From Gemmatimonadaceae bacterium (GTDB lineage Bacteria > Gemmatimonadota > Gemmatimonadetes > Gemmatimonadales > Gemmatimonadaceae), in assembly GCA_046262755.1 (NCBI GenBank), contig JBHEME010000001.1:42250-106249 (forward strand): 64,000 nucleotides of DNA. Direction: 5' to 3'. Each line of letters starts with the position of its first letter. Position 1 is the first letter of the stretch. Of this stretch, positions 19,333 through 29,621 are shown piece by piece. The translations under genes and the position numbers were made by a program. The notes beneath the pieces are model-generated. The model was not told where the DNA came from and did no database searches. It saw nothing but the letters and a program-made list of their open reading frames with translations.

Positions 19333-19614
19333 TCATAGCTGAACGTCACCGCCACGGTCGGCTTTGGATTTTCTTGAAACTTGTTTGGCGGATCGATCGA
19401 GTGCTCTCTTCTTCGCTTCCGGATCATTTTCGATCACGATCGCCGATCTTCCCTGCTGCCTGTCGTGAGTAACGGATAGCACATCGCCTTCCTTCGCGCC
19501 TTCCGGCAACAGCCACTCCGGGATTGGCGTGACGGTGCGTCCGTCAACCTCGATTGATGCTGAACCGTCTTCAATTACGTCGATGATCCAGGTGTGTTTG
19601 CTTTTTCCGTGCAT
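19333..19614 (-). CDS. DUF3006 domain protein
   Basis: This uses the internal Met33 of the listed 125-aa ORF, which has AGGAG 5 nt upstream. The sequence MHGKSKHTWIIDVIEDGSASIEVDGRTVTPIPEWLLPEGAKEGDVLSV matches the DUF3006 pattern as I recall it. Confidence 0.6.
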   Translation of the reverse strand: MHGKSKHTWIIDVIEDGSASIEVDGRTVTPIPEWLLPEGAKEGDVLSVTHDRQQGRSAIVIENDPEAKKRALDRSAKQVSRKSKADRGGDVQL

Positions 19615-19731
19615 CGGTACTCCTGTGTGGGGGTAACGAGCGCAAATACCAATCGATAAATGGCATGTCGTATGCGCCATTCCCCGGTCCCAAGGCAGCA
19701 CGACTCGCACCAGTCAACGTAGAGATCCTCA

Positions 19732-21321
19732 ATGCGAAGCGACTCAGGCAATACAATCTCTGTGTGGATGGGAACGACCGAAGTCCCGCAGTTTCAATCG
19801 CTTACTCAGGATCTCCGCGCAAACGTCTGTGTCGTTGGTGGAGGCATCGCCGGCATGACGACAGCGTATCTCCTCGCCAGGGCAGGCCGCGCCGTCGTGC
19901 TGATCGATGACGGCCCGATCGGAGGGGGAGAAACGGGCCGCACCACCGCTCACCTCACGGCAGCGCTCGATGACCGTTACTACGAGATCGCCAAGATGCA
20001 CGGCGAGGATGGAGCCCGTATCGCGGCCGAAAGTCACATGTCCGCCATTCACCGCATCGAGAGCATCGTGTCGATGGAGGACATCGATTGCGACTTCGAG
20101 CGCATCGACGGTTATCTCTTTCTTGGAGGTGACAGCAAGCGAAAAGAGCTCGAGGACGAGCTCGAGGCAACACATCGAGCAGGCATAAGCGACACCGAGA
20201 TCGTGCAGCGAATACCGTTTTCGTTCTGGGACAGCGGTGTCGCGCTACGTTTTCCGAGACAGGCGACTTTCCATCCGCTCAAGTATCTCAAGGGTCTCGC
20301 GCGCGCGATCCTGCGAGACGGCGGTAAGATCTATTCGGGAGTGCACGCCGAGAAGATCGAGGATGGCGAGCCGGCGCGCATTACTACGAGCGAAGGTTAC
20401 GTCATCAGTGCCGACAACGTCGTGGTGTGCACCAACACTCCTGTCAACGATTGGCTCATCATCCACAGCAAGCAGGCGGCGTACCGGACTTACGTCATCG
20501 GCGCGCGCGTTCCGCGCGGATCTGTTCCGCACGGACTCTACTGGGACACTCCCGATCCTTATCACTATATCCGCCTCCAGAGCGGCGAGGACAGCTCGGG
20601 TCGCGAAATGGATTACGAGATTCTCATCGTCGGCGGCGAGGACCACAAAACCGGTCAGCCCGAAGACGAGGACAGCGAGGAACCCTTTGCCTGTCTGGAG
20701 GAATGGACGCGAAAGCGTTTTCCCATGATCCAAAGCATCGATTTTCGCTGGTCAGGCCAGATAATAGAGCCCGTCGATTACATGGCCTACATAGGAAAAA
20801 ATCCCGGTGGCGACGAGCACATCTACATCGCGACCGGCGACTCGGGGAACGGTATGACACACGGGACGATCGCCGGCATCATTCTCAACGAGCTCGTCCA
20901 GGGACGTAAGCATCAATGGGCAAAGCTGTACGACCCATCGCGGGTCAGACTGCGCGCCACACCAGAGTACGTCAAGGAAAACGCAAATGTCGCGGAGCAG
21001 TACAAGGATTACTTCACCAAGAGCGAGGTCGATGATTTCGCGGAGATAAAACCGGGGGAGGGCGCCGTCGTGGGCAGAGGCCGCGGAAAGATAGCCGTCT
21101 ATCGCGACGACCACGGCAGCCTGCACCAACGCTCCGCGATTTGCACGCATCTCTATTGTATCGTCGACTGGAACGATACCGAGAAGACTTGGGACTGCCC
21201 GTGCCACGGGTCGCGTTTCGATCCCTACGGCAACGTCGTCAACGGACCCGCTATAGTCGGGCTGGCTCCTGTTGGTCCGCAGCCGAAGAGAGCGAAGCGG
21301 AAGGACGCAGTAAAGCCGTAA
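19732..21321 (+). CDS. FAD-dependent oxidoreductase fused to a C-terminal Rieske [2Fe-2S] domain
   Basis: The 529-aa ORF has a dinucleotide fold (VCVVGGGIAGMTTAYLLARAG). The Rieske ligands are CTHLYC...CPCHGSRF. Confidence 0.85.
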   Translation: MRSDSGNTISVWMGTTEVPQFQSLTQDLRANVCVVGGGIAGMTTAYLLARAGRAVVLIDDGPIGGGETGRTTAHLTAALDDRYYEIAKMHGEDGARIAAESHMSAIHRIESIVSMEDIDCDFERIDGYLFLGGDSKRKELEDELEATHRAGISDTEIVQRIPFSFWDSGVALRFPRQATFHPLKYLKGLARAILRDGGKIYSGVHAEKIEDGEPARITTSEGYVISADNVVVCTNTPVNDWLIIHSKQAAYRTYVIGARVPRGSVPHGLYWDTPDPYHYIRLQSGEDSSGREMDYEILIVGGEDHKTGQPEDEDSEEPFACLEEWTRKRFPMIQSIDFRWSGQIIEPVDYMAYIGKNPGGDEHIYIATGDSGNGMTHGTIAGIILNELVQGRKHQWAKLYDPSRVRLRATPEYVKENANVAEQYKDYFTKSEVDDFAEIKPGEGAVVGRGRGKIAVYRDDHGSLHQRSAICTHLYCIVDWNDTEKTWDCPCHGSRFDPYGNVVNGPAIVGLAPVGPQPKRAKRKDAVKP

Positions 21322-24300
21322 CTTCGTGTCTCTTGCCGTCGTCGACCAGTCGAATTGCGCGATCACCGCGGATTCCGTCGATGGTTAATTCGACCGCACC
21401 CTTTTGCATGCCATCGGGATTATCGATCGTAATCACATAGGTCGACGAGCCGTAGCGGTATTCGATGCTGAATTCCTTCCAGCTCGATGGGATGCATGGC
21501 TCTATGCGCAGCTCTTCTCCCCGCTTCTGGAATCCCAGAATCGCCTCGAGCGCGATACGGTACATCCAGCTCGCTGAGCCCGTGTACCATGTCCAACCGC
21601 CGCGACCAAGATGCCCTTTCGCGGTATAAACGTCCGCGGCAACCACGTAAGGTTCCACCTTGTAGGTCTCCACGCCGGCGGGAGTGTCGGCGTGCGTAAT
21701 CGGATTGATCATCTGGAACAGCTCGAGTGCACGGTCGCCATCACCTTGCAGTGCGGTTGCCAGCACCGCCCAGAGTGCGGCGTGAGTGTACTGCGCTCCG
21801 TTCTCGCGAACTCCCGGCAAGTAGCCCTGAATGTATCCCGGATCGTGCGTCGTTTTGTCGAAAGGCGGCGTTAGCAGCATCAACAACCGCGCATCGTCCC
21901 GCACCAGATACTTGTTCAGGGACTGCATCGCCATCCGCGTCCGCTCAGGCTGCCCCGCGCCTGAGATCACACTCCAGCTCTGAGCGATCGAGTCTATCTT
22001 ACACTCGTCGCTGGTCCGCGAGCCAAGCGGTGAACCGTCGTCGAAGTAAGCACGCCTGTACCACTCGCCATCCCACGCCGATCGCTCCACGGCCTCTGTA
22101 TACGCATCCGCCTTCGACAGGAGCTCATCCCGGGCAGGCGCGTCTCCCCGCTTCTGCGCGTGCTCCGCGAACCGACGCAGCGTCGAGATGAGAAACCACG
22201 CTAGCCAAATGCTCTCGCCCTTGCCTTCGATTCCAACCCGATTCATTCCATCATTCCAGTCGCCGCTTCCAATCAACGGAAGTCCGTGCGCACCCCTGGT
22301 GCACGCCTTACGCAGCGCTCGGATGCAGTGATCATAGATGCTGCCTGTCTCCGTCGAGACCTGTGGCATCTCGTAGATCTCGTGCTCGTCCGGACCGAGC
22401 TGTCGCATCGTCAGATATGGCACTTCGACATCGAGCACTCCACCATCGCAGGCAACGTTGACGTAATGGTCCACGACGAACGGCAGCCAGGCCAGATCAT
22501 CTGAAAAGCGCGTTCGTACTCCGCGCCCGCTCTGGGGATGCCACCAATGTTGTACGTCGCCTTCGACGAACTGTCTCGACGCAGCGCGCACGATCTGATC
22601 GCGTGTCAGTCGTGGATCCGCGTACACCAGGGCCATTGCATCCTGAAGCTGATCGCGAAAGCCGAACGCACCACTCGATTGGTAGAGAGCCGAGCGTCCC
22701 CACATTCGGCATGACAGGGCCTGATAGAGCGTCCACTTGTTCGTCATGAGGTCGAAAGTAGGCTCCGGCGTGCGAACTTTTATGATCGACAACCGGTCGT
22801 CCCATCGCCGTATGTTGCCATTGAGCCCCTGCGTCGCCGCCGGCGGCGCACGGTAACGCGAGATGATCTCGCGGACGGCGTCCTCGCCCTGTGCCGCGCC
22901 CAGCAGCATCACGATGTCCCGTGATTCACCCGGCTCCAGGTTGACACTCACCTGAAGTGCGCAACACGGATCTATGGTGGCGCCGATCGCCCCCGATAAT
23001 CCGGCACGGGCCAGGGCGGCAGGACTCGAAATGGTCCCGTTCCGGCCCAGAAATTCTCGCCGGTCCGCCGTGTAGTACGCTACCCGCTCGCTGATCGAGG
23101 CAAACGCTACCGCCCCCGCAAACTGCTCGTCGAAGTAGTTGCGCGCGAACATCGACTGAGTGTCCTCATCGAAGCTTGTTCGCACCTGGTGTTGCGTCTG
23201 ATCGCGCGAAACGCCAAGTACCCACTCCAGATACCAGGTAAGCGTCAGTCGCTTGCGCGTGAGTCCATCGTTACGTAGCGATAGTACGCTGATCTTTACA
23301 GGCTCTGACTCGGCCACACCCAGCCTGAGAGAACTCGCCAGCCCTTTGTGTTTGTGATCGAAGACCGAATACCCAGCTCCATGACGCACTTTGTACGGCG
23401 TTGGCTCGCGAATAGGACACGGAGTGGCCGTCCAGAGATCACCATTCGCGTCATCGCGCAAAAATACGCAGTCGCTCGATGGATCCCGAACAGGATCGTT
23501 GTGCCATGGCGTAATGCGATAGAAGAAACTGTTGCCAGCCCAGGTGACCCCGCTTCCTCCTTCGCTGACGAAGAATCCCCCGGCGGGATTTCCCACGACG
23601 TTGATCCAGGGCGCTGGCGGCAGATCACTTCCGGTCAGGTGAATTTCATATTCGCCCGCCGCGTTGAAGCCTCCCAAACCATTGAATGATCTTAGTCCTG
23701 TTCCCGGATCAGGCGTGTCCGCATGAATCGCGGTTGTCCCAAGCGGGACGATGTCGCGATTCTCGATCTCCAGCTTCGGCGGGTACCGATCTTCCACGCC
23801 CGGAAACTCCAGGAAATTGCCGAGACCGAGACCGTCGCAATCGATCTGCACTCGCGCCATCGCTTTGAGGAGCGTTACGTCTTCGGGTTTGAGAATGTCC
23901 GCCCGTCTGATGAAGACACCTCCCGGACGATCGAGAAGCCCCGCCTCACTGGATGCCATCACAGTTGCCAGCAACTCGTCGCTCAACTCCTGCATGTACG
24001 TCGCCGGATGCACATTGATGATGACGAGGTCACAGGTGATTCCCTTGAGCCGCCAATAATGATGCGTCCTCAACAATTGTCTCACGCTCGGCATTCCAAC
24101 GGGGCTCTCGATCGTTGCCAGAAGTATCGGCCAGTCTCCCGAGATTCCCAACGTCCATAACGCCTGCTGCCCAAGCCTGTTTTGCTCCACCGCGCTCTGC
24201 GGAGGACGAAAGCCCGGGTGCGGGAACATCAGGTGGCCGGCCAGATCCTGGTACAGCGCGGCATCGGCCGGAGCAATTCCCAGATCGCGGAGCTCTGCCT

Positions 24301-27300
24301 GCGCCTGCGCCCATGAGAGATCCAGCGCGCGACGTGCGCTATATGGATCGTGATAGAGATCGGCGAGCTCTATGGCGCGTTCCCTCTGATCAGCGACGAA
24401 CGTGGTGAAGGCAACATGTGCGGACGCGCCCGCCGGGATCCGGACGCGTACTCGCAACGAGAATATCGGGTCGAGAACGGCACCCACTGTTCCCGATAGC
24501 TCCGCGCCTTCGTCCAATGCCGTTGCATTTCGTACCGAACGTCCTCTACCCACGAACTTCGCGCGGTCGGTTTCGCACGTGACCTTTCCCACCACTTCCG
24601 ATCCGAACGCAGCCACGTGCGCGCACCATATTGCGGCTTCGGTGGCAGACCGGGGTCGGCGAGTGGCGAGCAGCGCTGCGTTTGCCTCGATCCATTCCGT
24701 CTGGACGAACAGGTTACCGAACGCGGGGTGCGCGCGATCTGCATCGGGTGGTGAGAGCACGACCTCGGAATAGCTTGTCAGCTCGATGTCGCGCGGCTGC
24801 AGAGACCTGTTCGTCAGCGTAACGCGACGCACCTCCGCCGCATCGTCCTGCGCTACCGCTATTTCTGTGACGGTATCGATATCGCCGTCGCGACGGATGA
24901 ACGTGATGCGATCGCTTGCAAACAGCACTCTGTACCATTGTGGCTCGGTGCCGGAAGGTTGGTGCGCGGTTGACCAGACGTGACCCGTGCTCAGGTCCTT
25001 GACGTAACACCATTGGCCATAATTGTCGCGCGTGCTGTCGTGACGCCAACGCGTGATCGCAAGATTCCCGTAGCGGCTGAATCCCCCACCCGCATTGGTG
25101 ATGAGCGTAGTGTATGGCACGTTCCCCAGCACGCCGACAACTGGCTGTGGAGTGTGGGGCGTCTCGATCTCGCGCACCGCCGGTTTTTCCGTCTCGCTCG
25201 GTACCCGCGCGGCATCTGCGCCCGATACATCCTGCAGCGTCAGCCTTCGCGGAATCTTTTCCTGTAATACCAGCTCCGCTGAACGCACAAGCGGATCAGT
25301 GTGGAATCGGCGCGGCCAGATTTGCTGGTTCAGCGCGTTGTCGAGGGCAACGAGGCTCATCCCGATGTGGTGAGCCATGAACGTGCAGACGACGGTTTTT
25401 CTCGAGCCCGGCGCGGGCCGCGTGTAGTCGAGCGCATCGCGGAAGCCGTACGGCCCGAGCGCTCCTTCAGCCTCCAGCACCGCCAGATTCTTTAACGACT
25501 GGTGCGGCTCTACCAACATTGCAAGCAGTGTCGCGTAGGGAGCAACGACCAGCTCCTTGCTCAACCCGCGCTTGAGCGCGAGATCGGGAACGCCGAAACC
25601 ACGATATTGGTACGTGTGGACGCGATCTCTGACCGCGTAAGCCGATTCTGAAACGCCCCACGGCACCCCGCGCTCGATGCCGTATGCGATCTGCCGCCTT
25701 ACACTTCCCTTGTGGGTCTGGTCGAGGAGCGTAAACGGGAAAGTCTGCATGACGAGCGCCGGCATCAGGTACTCGAACATGCTCCCGCTCCATGAGAGCA
25801 GAGTTCGCGTGCCAGCGCTGGCAGTGAGGGCCCGACCGAGCCGGAACCAGTGATCGACCGACACATCGTCTTTGGCGACGGCGACGAATGATGCCAGTCT
25901 CGATTCCGAAGCCAGCAGGTCGTAGTAGGAGTTGTCCACCGCGTTGCTACCGACGTGATAGCCAATGGTGAAGAGCTTCCTCTTTTGGTCGTATAGAAAA
26001 CGGAAATCCATCTCGATCGCGTAAGCGTGGGCGCGCTCGGCAATTGCCTTGAGCCGCTTCGCATCGGGCCCGGAGCACGTCGGATCCCTGAGGAATTCGT
26101 AACAAGCCTGCTTGAGTGCGATCAAATGACCGGCGAGGTTGCCGCTGTCCACCGTCGAGATGTACCCCGGCTCCAGAACACGCAGCTCGTTCAGGTCGTA
26201 CCAGTTGAAGAAGTGGCCATGATAGCGGCGCATCCGCTCCAGCGAGCGAAAGACTTTTTCGAGCCGATCGATCATGTCCGCGCGCGTGATGAAACCGAGA
26301 TCGGCGGCGGTCACCGTAGACAGCAGTTGGAGTCCGATGTTCGTCGGCGATGTTCGCATCGCCAGCACGGGCTGCGGGTCCTCCTGGAAATTGTCCGGCG
26401 CCAGCCAGTGCGTTTCCTCGCTGACGAATTTCTCGAAGTACATCCAGTGGAGCTTCGCGTAGCGCAACGCGGCCTGACGTTCTGGCTCGGTCAGGTGCAC
26501 TTCGCCAAGAATTGCCGACTGACTGAGCGCAAAAGCGACCGTTGGGCTCGCCAGCCACAGCAGGACGGCGGGTAAAGTCCCCATCACGAACAGGAATCGC
26601 TCATCGGAGCTCGACGCCGCCCCGATGGTGACGTGGAAGCCGACCATGGCACCCAACACCAGACACAGCACGGTAACCGGCCACATCTTCCGCCACATCT
26701 CCAGCTGTGAACCGATTCCCAGCGCGCGCTCGACCTGCGAAGCCGTTTGCCACTCGAGAAGGTTCCGCTTGCTGATGAAAAGCCTGTACAGCGTGCGAGC
26801 AATCGCATCGGCGGACACAACTGCCTGGTGCGGGAGAAAAATCACGGCTAGGGCGAATTGTTGCGCATTCGTCATCGCGTCTCGGCCAACTGCCAGATAG
26901 TAGGCGAGCCACGATTGATCGCGCGGCGGACGAACCAACGATATCGCGAGCGACAAAAGCCACGGGAAGCCTATTACCACCAGCACGATACCGGTCCACT
27001 TCACGATCGAGCTGGGTAGTACGAACCAGCCGGTTATGAGCAGTACTACCTGCGCGATCTCCACTAGGCTCCGGCGCAGATTATCGAAGATCTTCCAGCG
27101 AGAGATGGCAGATAACCGGTTGGGGGTTGGCCCGTCGGGACCGGGAACCGTACCCTTCAACCAGCCGACAAGCTGCCAGTCACCGCGTATCCACCGATGC
27201 TTGCGTCGGGTGAAAGTCAGGTAGCGTGCGGGGTAGTCGTCGTAGACTTCAATGTCGGTTGCCAGACCGGCACGAGTGTATGTCCCTTCGATCAAGTCAT

Positions 27301-29554
27301 GGCTGAGGAGTGTATTCTCGGGAAAGCGACCATGCGTTGCTTCCTCAAAGGCGTCGACATCGTAGATGCCTTTTCCGGTGAAGCTGCCCTCGCCATATAA
27401 ATCCTGATACACGTCCGATACAGCGGTCGTGTACGGATCGACGCCGGGATGCCCCGAGTGAATCGAAGCGAAATAGGATCGATGCGCGCTGGTAAGCGAC
27501 ACTCCCACGCGCGGCTGCAGAATTCCATAGCCCCGCGTCACGCGCCCAACTTTCGGGTTGTACTGAGCGCGGTTCAAAGGATGCGCGATACTGCCGACCA
27601 GGAGTTGCGCGGCATCACGCGGGAGGACGGTGTCGGAGTCGAGCGTGATGACGTACCGTACCGACGAGAGGCGACTCGTTTCTCCGACGATAGTACTGAA
27701 TGCGTCTGCCGCGCCGCCGCGCAGAAACCTGTTGAATTGCGCTAATTTTCCGCGCTTTCGCTCCCATCCCATCCAGACGTTCTGCTTTGGATTCCACAGG
27801 CGCGGACGGTGAAACAGGAAGAACACATCCGCGCCGTTCGCATACTTAGCATTGAGCGAGCGAATTCCGTTTGTGGCCGCAGCGAGTATTTCGTCGTCTC
27901 CCGCCTTGTGTTCAGTCGGCGAATCGGTGAAGTCGCTCAGTATCGCGAATTGGAGATTTGGGTCTCGATTGGCGAGATACTGCACTTCAATGTGCTCCAG
28001 CGCTTCTTCGACACCGTGCACGCTCGCCAGCAGCGTTGGGACCACCACCGCCGTCGCGTATTCCTCGGGAATGCCGTCATCCCGCATTTCGAGTTTGGAG
28101 AGAAGGCGCGGTGGCATGAGCAGCGTTATCAGCTGGTTGATAACGCTGATGCCGATCTCGTTGGCGGGGATGAGCGCGAGGATACCGATCAGTAGTCGAA
28201 TGGATGGCGGAGCGGCCTCGACAACTTCCAGGATCACGGCCAGCGCCGCGATAGTGAAGAGAGTGATACCGCCGAAATACAGCGTGTTGGGATGGCGCTG
28301 GGTCCAGCGATGTACCCGCTCGCCCGGCGGTGGGGTGTAGCCGATCTTCTCTTCGAGTACACGGCGGCCGCGCTCGACCAGGTAGTAACCGACGTGTGAG
28401 TGCCGGATATCACTCGGATCGATGCGCTTCGCCAAAGCTACGGCCTCACCCGCCACTTCTTCCTCAGGACGTTTCACGCGCTTGGCGATGTGCTCCACTA
28501 CGTGGCGATAGTGATCGCGCGTGCCGAAAGTCATTGACGCGTAGTGCCCGCTTGGGTCCTGACGCAGTAGCTTCTCGGTTGCGCTCTGCGCCTCGACGAA
28601 ATCCTTCCAGTCGAGTCTCGAAATCGTTCTCAGGCTGGTAATGCTGTTCGCGACGGTTACCTGTGTGAGCGCGACACGCCGATTCGACCGAGTCGCTGCT
28701 TCTTCCGCGCTCGGCCCATCTTCCGCAATCCACTGTTCCAGCCAGATCAGCGGAGTGAAGTTCGTCTGATAAGACCTGACTTGCTGGAGAAAGCGCGCAA
28801 CCCACGTCGGAGTAAAAGGCGGATGGTCATCAACGAACGCCGCGAGTGCGTTCGCCAGCGCTTCCTGGGAGTTCTCGCTGGCTTCGCGCAAAGTCGCGGC
28901 TGCTCGGTCAGCTGACTCGACCTCCTTGAGACGCGCAGCAACGCGCAATGCCATGCGCCGGATATTCTCTACCAGACCCAGTCGCAGCATCGTTGGAATG
29001 GCCCACAGCTCTCCCATCCGCAGCGCTGTGACTGTCTGATACTCACGCACGAACAGCGTGATGTTGTCGAGATCGAGATGACCTTCTGTGTGCGCGATGA
29101 GCTCGATCGCTACTTCGTAGGCGCGGGGGTACCCCGTCAGTGGTCCAGTCGCGAGCTTCGGAAGCTCCTCGTAATAGCCCTTCGGGAGGTTGGTGCGAAT
29201 TTCCCGGATGTGTTCCTGAACGATGTAAAAATTGTCCAACAGCCAGTCACCGGCCGGGCTGATGTCCAACCCGCGCTCTGCGCCTTCGTTGAGCTGCTTG
29301 TATACGCGGTCGAGAACCGCGCGAGTGTCTTCGAGTCGCAGCAGAAGCGGCCCGGCACCGCGCTGCTTCCGGGCCGGCAGCAGGTGGTGACCCCTGGCCA
29401 CGGCACGTGCACGTTCCCCCAGCCGCTCCAGGCCCAGCACCTCACCGCGGATCGGGCCAACCAGCTCTTCGCCGGCTCCGGCTCCGTTGCGCGAGCGGCC
29501 GAACAAGCGACTCAGAATTTTGGGCGGAGCTTTGGGCGGGATTGCAGTTGCCAC
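21251..29554 (-). CDS. Cyclic beta-1,2-glucan synthase-like giant protein (NdvB/ChvB/Cgs type: membrane GT84 domain + GH94 phosphorylase-like domain)
   Basis: A single 2767-aa ORF with a GTG start. The N-terminus is NdvB-like (DWLLDNFYIVQEHIREI, ELWAIPTMLRLGLVENIRR). The GT motifs are ITLDSDTVLP and RRKHRWIRGDWQ, there are multiple TM segments, and the GH94-like motif GSGDWNDGMN is present. Confidence 0.9.
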   Translation of the reverse strand: MATAIPPKAPPKILSRLFGRSRNGAGAGEELVGPIRGEVLGLERLGERARAVARGHHLLPARKQRGAGPLLLRLEDTRAVLDRVYKQLNEGAERGLDISPAGDWLLDNFYIVQEHIREIRTNLPKGYYEELPKLATGPLTGYPRAYEVAIELIAHTEGHLDLDNITLFVREYQTVTALRMGELWAIPTMLRLGLVENIRRMALRVAARLKEVESADRAAATLREASENSQEALANALAAFVDDHPPFTPTWVARFLQQVRSYQTNFTPLIWLEQWIAEDGPSAEEAATRSNRRVALTQVTVANSITSLRTISRLDWKDFVEAQSATEKLLRQDPSGHYASMTFGTRDHYRHVVEHIAKRVKRPEEEVAGEAVALAKRIDPSDIRHSHVGYYLVERGRRVLEEKIGYTPPPGERVHRWTQRHPNTLYFGGITLFTIAALAVILEVVEAAPPSIRLLIGILALIPANEIGISVINQLITLLMPPRLLSKLEMRDDGIPEEYATAVVVPTLLASVHGVEEALEHIEVQYLANRDPNLQFAILSDFTDSPTEHKAGDDEILAAATNGIRSLNAKYANGADVFFLFHRPRLWNPKQNVWMGWERKRGKLAQFNRFLRGGAADAFSTIVGETSRLSSVRYVITLDSDTVLPRDAAQLLVGSIAHPLNRAQYNPKVGRVTRGYGILQPRVGVSLTSAHRSYFASIHSGHPGVDPYTTAVSDVYQDLYGEGSFTGKGIYDVDAFEEATHGRFPENTLLSHDLIEGTYTRAGLATDIEVYDDYPARYLTFTRRKHRWIRGDWQLVGWLKGTVPGPDGPTPNRLSAISRWKIFDNLRRSLVEIAQVVLLITGWFVLPSSIVKWTGIVLVVIGFPWLLSLAISLVRPPRDQSWLAYYLAVGRDAMTNAQQFALAVIFLPHQAVVSADAIARTLYRLFISKRNLLEWQTASQVERALGIGSQLEMWRKMWPVTVLCLVLGAMVGFHVTIGAASSSDERFLFVMGTLPAVLLWLASPTVAFALSQSAILGEVHLTEPERQAALRYAKLHWMYFEKFVSEETHWLAPDNFQEDPQPVLAMRTSPTNIGLQLLSTVTAADLGFITRADMIDRLEKVFRSLERMRRYHGHFFNWYDLNELRVLEPGYISTVDSGNLAGHLIALKQACYEFLRDPTCSGPDAKRLKAIAERAHAYAIEMDFRFLYDQKRKLFTIGYHVGSNAVDNSYYDLLASESRLASFVAVAKDDVSVDHWFRLGRALTASAGTRTLLSWSGSMFEYLMPALVMQTFPFTLLDQTHKGSVRRQIAYGIERGVPWGVSESAYAVRDRVHTYQYRGFGVPDLALKRGLSKELVVAPYATLLAMLVEPHQSLKNLAVLEAEGALGPYGFRDALDYTRPAPGSRKTVVCTFMAHHIGMSLVALDNALNQQIWPRRFHTDPLVRSAELVLQEKIPRRLTLQDVSGADAARVPSETEKPAVREIETPHTPQPVVGVLGNVPYTTLITNAGGGFSRYGNLAITRWRHDSTRDNYGQWCYVKDLSTGHVWSTAHQPSGTEPQWYRVLFASDRITFIRRDGDIDTVTEIAVAQDDAAEVRRVTLTNRSLQPRDIELTSYSEVVLSPPDADRAHPAFGNLFVQTEWIEANAALLATRRPRSATEAAIWCAHVAAFGSEVVGKVTCETDRAKFVGRGRSVRNATALDEGAELSGTVGAVLDPIFSLRVRVRIPAGASAHVAFTTFVADQRERAIELADLYHDPYSARRALDLSWAQAQAELRDLGIAPADAALYQDLAGHLMFPHPGFRPPQSAVEQNRLGQQALWTLGISGDWPILLATIESPVGMPSVRQLLRTHHYWRLKGITCDLVIINVHPATYMQELSDELLATVMASSEAGLLDRPGGVFIRRADILKPEDVTLLKAMARVQIDCDGLGLGNFLEFPGVEDRYPPKLEIENRDIVPLGTTAIHADTPDPGTGLRSFNGLGGFNAAGEYEIHLTGSDLPPAPWINVVGNPAGGFFVSEGGSGVTWAGNSFFYRITPWHNDPVRDPSSDCVFLRDDANGDLWTATPCPIREPTPYKVRHGAGYSVFDHKHKGLASSLRLGVAESEPVKISVLSLRNDGLTRKRLTLTWYLEWVLGVSRDQTQHQVRTSFDEDTQSMFARNYFDEQFAGAVAFASISERVAYYTADRREFLGRNGTISSPAALARAGLSGAIGATIDPCCALQVSVNLEPGESRDIVMLLGAAQGEDAVREIISRYRAPPAATQGLNGNIRRWDDRLSIIKVRTPEPTFDLMTNKWTLYQALSCRMWGRSALYQSSGAFGFRDQLQDAMALVYADPRLTRDQIVRAASRQFVEGDVQHWWHPQSGRGVRTRFSDDLAWLPFVVDHYVNVACDGGVLDVEVPYLTMRQLGPDEHEIYEMPQVSTETGSIYDHCIRALRKACTRGAHGLPLIGSGDWNDGMNRVGIEGKGESIWLAWFLISTLRRFAEHAQKRGDAPARDELLSKADAYTEAVERSAWDGEWYRRAYFDDGSPLGSRTSDECKIDSIAQSWSVISGAGQPERTRMAMQSLNKYLVRDDARLLMLLTPPFDKTTHDPGYIQGYLPGVRENGAQYTHAALWAVLATALQGDGDRALELFQMINPITHADTPAGVETYKVEPYVVAADVYTAKGHLGRGGWTWYTGSASWMYRIALEAILGFQKRGEELRIEPCIPSSWKEFSIEYRYGSSTYVITIDNPDGMQKGAVELTIDGIRGDRAIRLVDDGKRHEVTALLRPSASLSSAADQQEPARL

Positions 29555-29621
29555 GTCAGGTAGTCAACGCCAGAGACATGCCGCTTTCAAGGGGATAACA
29601 GCCACACAACGAGCGCTCGCG

